Positions 60,556 to 64,000 of a DNA stretch of 64,000 nucleotides are shown one piece after another. Each line of letters opens with the position of its first letter. Position 1 is the first letter of the stretch. The position numbers and the translations under genes were made by a program. The notes beneath the pieces are model-generated. The model searched no databases. It was not told the origin of the DNA and was given only the letters and a program-made list of their open reading frames with translations. Source of the stretch: the human T2T-CHM13v2.0 reference genome, Homo sapiens; NCBI RefSeq assembly GCF_009914755.1, contig NC_060926.1. One strand, 5' to 3'.

Positions 60556-60620
60556 CGTGTAACAAAAACATGCATATATATTCCCTTAAACTAAAATAAA
60601 AGTTGAAATTATTTTAAAAA
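60556..60620 (+). mobile_element. L1PA15-17-type extreme 3' tip
   Basis: gtaacaaaaacatgcatatatattcccttaaactaaaataaaagttgaaattattt matches 35323-35380 of the L1PA16 in this window. Confidence 0.7.
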
Positions 60621-60639
60621 TAGGTCAGAAGAGAAGGGT

Positions 60640-60820
60640 ATAAATGCGTATCACTGTGGTTGGTAATTGTGTGTACTCAGTCTTATAGCTGTGGTTATAG
60701 AAGTGTTAGGGATTTTAGACTTTAGGAATTTAGACATTAGCAATTTTGATCTATAGGGATTTCAACATTCAAGATTATGGCATTTGGGATTGTGTGTTTT
60801 GGGATTATGATCCAAAACCG
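60640..60820. mobile_element. Ricksha (MULE) terminal fragment
   Basis: Reiterated gggatt motifs: gggattttagactttagg...gggatttcaacattc...gggattatgatccaaaacc. Confidence 0.7.
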
Positions 60821-60933
60821 GATGGCCCTCTCCTGCCTGCCCCAGGAATGTGAAATTATCCAGCCTTTCTGGACATTTCAGCAAAATACAGCAAGGGAAT
60901 TGAAAATGCTCAATCTTTGACAAAGTATTTTTA

Positions 60934-61407
<474 letters not shown>

Positions 61408-62386
61408 CTAAGGTAACTTCAGTGCTGTGTACAGAACTTCAGGAACATATTCAATTAAAGTTGTTGCACGTGAACCTCAGCTTCCTCTACTGTACATTGG
61501 GGATCAGGTGGGGGCCAAGTGAAATTACTGAAGTGCAGGCCCAGCGTGCAGGGCACAGGTGGGCACCAGTGGAGGGGCATTGCATGGCCCCATGCTCCCC
61601 ACCAAAACTGTGCAGAATGATTCAGAAGGAAACATTTCCAACAGTTAATAAAGACCAACAGCCTCCAGTCTTAAGTAAATAAATAAATATATATAATAAA
61701 TATATATATATATGTATATAGTAATTAAACAGTGAAGCTAGAGTTAATTTGGATAAAAAAAGACTTTAACTAAAATTTAATTTATTTAATTGATTAGGAT
61801 TATTTGAGTTCACCATTTCTTATTGACTGAGGTTTGAAAGTTATGTCTCTTAAGGAATATGTTCATTCATTTAATTTTGTGGGCCTAAAGTTTTTAATAC
61901 ATTTTATCCTTATTCTTTTAATGTGTGTGGGTCTTCATTTAGATTATTTCTATCATTCCTGATATTGCTAACATGGTTCCCTCCTCCATCTTTTTTAGTG
62001 GAGATAGAGGTTTATCTTTGTTTAAATCTTTGACAAACAACTTTTGGTATTCCTTTTTTTTCCTATAGTTTTAGATCTATGGTATAATGTATTTTATTAT
62101 TTTGGAGAGTTGTAAATCACTATTCTTTTAAAATATTTTTTTTCTCTGTTCTTTCTTCTCCTTCTGAGATTCCAAACACATTTATTTTAAAACATTTGAT
62201 ATTATCCCATAGCTCTTAGATGCTCTAATCTGGGTTCTTTGCTACTGTTTTTTTTTTTAAGGTTTCATTAGAACATTTCTATTGAACTTCTTTCAAATTC
62301 AATACTTTTTTGTCAGCTAAATTGAGTCTACTGATGAGCACACCAAAGTATTATTTATTTCTATTGTCTTGATTTCCTTTTTCTAG

Positions 62387-63047
62387 TGTTGGGGTTCCAA
62401 ATATGATACCCTCAAATGCAGTCGACAGAAGCAGCCTGAGAAGCAAAAGGTTTTCTCTGAGCTTCTCCCGCCCTCTTGTGTCCTTCATTGTCCCCTATGC
62501 TGGCCCTTCATTCTCCCCTATGCTTCCCATAGAAACTAGAATCCCATAGCAGGTCATAGAAGCCAGAACTCCTTTTCTCCAAAGTAAGCCATAACACCTA
62601 AAAATATTACTCTAACTTTCCCCCTGCCTTTCTGTGTAAAAACTGGCCATTAAGAAATTATCTGGCCTAAGTGGTTTAACTGTAGGTCATAAGATCCCCA
62701 TTCCAGAAAGGGTCCTGTTCCATACTCAGAAGGAAGGAATGCTGCTCGGAGAGACCAGGAGAATCTATGCAGACAGGACTTGCTGGGACCCCACTCATTC
62801 TATTAGCATTAGATCATAGCCTTTTTGACCAATCATATTTCTACACGGCTGTCTATACTTTGTTGAACCTAAGCATAAAAATGCAGTTTCCCTTATATCT
62901 TTGGCTCTTCATTTTGAAGGCTTGTGTGTCACACAAAACTATGATCAAATAAATTTGTATGCCTCTTCTCCTATTAATATGCTTCTTCTCAGTGATTTTC
63001 AGCAAACCTTCAGAGGGCAAAGGAGAAATTTTCCCTTGGCCTCTACA
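62387..63047 (+). mobile_element. MER39-like ERV1 solo LTR
   Basis: tgttggggttccaaatatgatacc...cccatagaaactagaatccc...ttcagcaaaccttcagagggcaaagg...ccttggcctctaca. Confidence 0.8.
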
Positions 63048-64000
63048 TCGATTTCATTTTATTTTTTCTTATACATTCTACCTTTCTGCTCAAATTCCTC
63101 ATATAATCATGTACATTTGTACATCATCCTTTTTACTACATTCTTATTTCCTGAGAGTTTTAATGGCTGGATCATATTTGATTCTGATTCTGTTGATATA
63201 TTGGTCACTGGACAAAGGGGTTTTGTCCCTTGCTTTTTCAGGTGTTTTATTATTTTTTGGTTAACAAGCAGCATTTTAGGATAGAATAAACTGAAGTAAA
63301 TAGGACATATGACTAGAAATAGGTGAGCTTTCTCTTCTACTACATCTTCATTGCAGGAGTTTGAATCTGTCTATTCAAGAGTTGAACTATGTTTGGGTTT
63401 TGTCATTTCTATGATTATCCTTAATAAGCCAAATCTTAAAATTCCTGTAATTTTCCATCATGCTGACTGCAGGGATTCTGTTCTATAACAAGGTTTTTTT
63501 CTTTGAATTTGTGCCTTAGAGTCAGTTGGTCTCTCTCTCTCTCTCTCTCTCCCCCTCCCTGCCACCCAGAGGTATATCACTGTATTTAATACATAAAACT
63601 TGCATCCTGCTGGTTGTGAGTGGGGGTTATTTTTTGTTGTCCTGGTGCAGCCTTGGATTCTGGCACACCTGTGTCCCTGAGTTTCAGGGATGTTCCTTCT
63701 CCTGCTCGTCATGATAACCAAACTATGCCTTTTGTGTTTTGCAGAGCTTGTGCTAGATAGGTATTACTGCCCCTGCTTCATTGGTAGAAATCTTGAATGG
63801 CTAGACCATTAGATTTTTTTCTACCTCTCCCAAAGACTGGAAGATATTGCCTTTCATTTTCTTTTTCCCCTGCTGTAATGAGTCTTCATTTGTAAACTGA
63901 GGGATTTAGATAGGCTTGTCTGTCCTTTGCTGGGCAGCTTCCTTTTTTTTCTTTTTTCAGAGGAGGAAGAGTTGTTTCATTTTCCCCATAAAGAAGATAG
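63048..64000 (-). mobile_element. Old L1M ORF1/5'UTR region (continuation of the host L1)
   Basis: T-rich antisense L1 character continuing from 62100-62386 (ttctccttctgagattccaa...gatattatcccatagctctt). Confidence 0.45.

Noticed and set aside
60700-60820. CRISPR-like or novel reiterated gggatt array
   Set aside because: It matches the subterminal repeats of the Ricksha transposon; the context is eukaryotic, with no spacers or cas genes.

Overview
Primate (probably human or another catarrhine; an AluY-type element is present) AT-rich, LINE-rich genomic DNA, most likely intergenic or deep intronic. I found no host protein-coding exon, tRNA, rRNA or CRISPR array. Every long ORF in the track derives from L1 ORF1/ORF2, Tigger1 transposase, ERVL pol or Alu. 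Bases 1-21.5 kb are a nested pile of L1s with Alu, MER20 and THE1 insertions. Bases 21.5-47.7 kb are mostly unique DNA with scattered L2, MIR, MLT1 and L1PA15/16 pieces. Bases 47.7-64 kb are a second nested cluster (ERVL, MLT2, Tigger1, L1, MER39). The most notable structures are: (1) one L1PA8-type element scrambled into four permuted pieces; (2) a near nucleotide-precise twin-primed L1 inside Tigger1 that creates a 579-aa ORF fusing L1 RT in frame to transposase sequence; (3) a probable L1 3' transduction of about 1.1 kb. Repeat subfamily names come from my recall of consensus sequences and need RepeatMasker/Dfam confirmation. I see no support for a new functional gene system.
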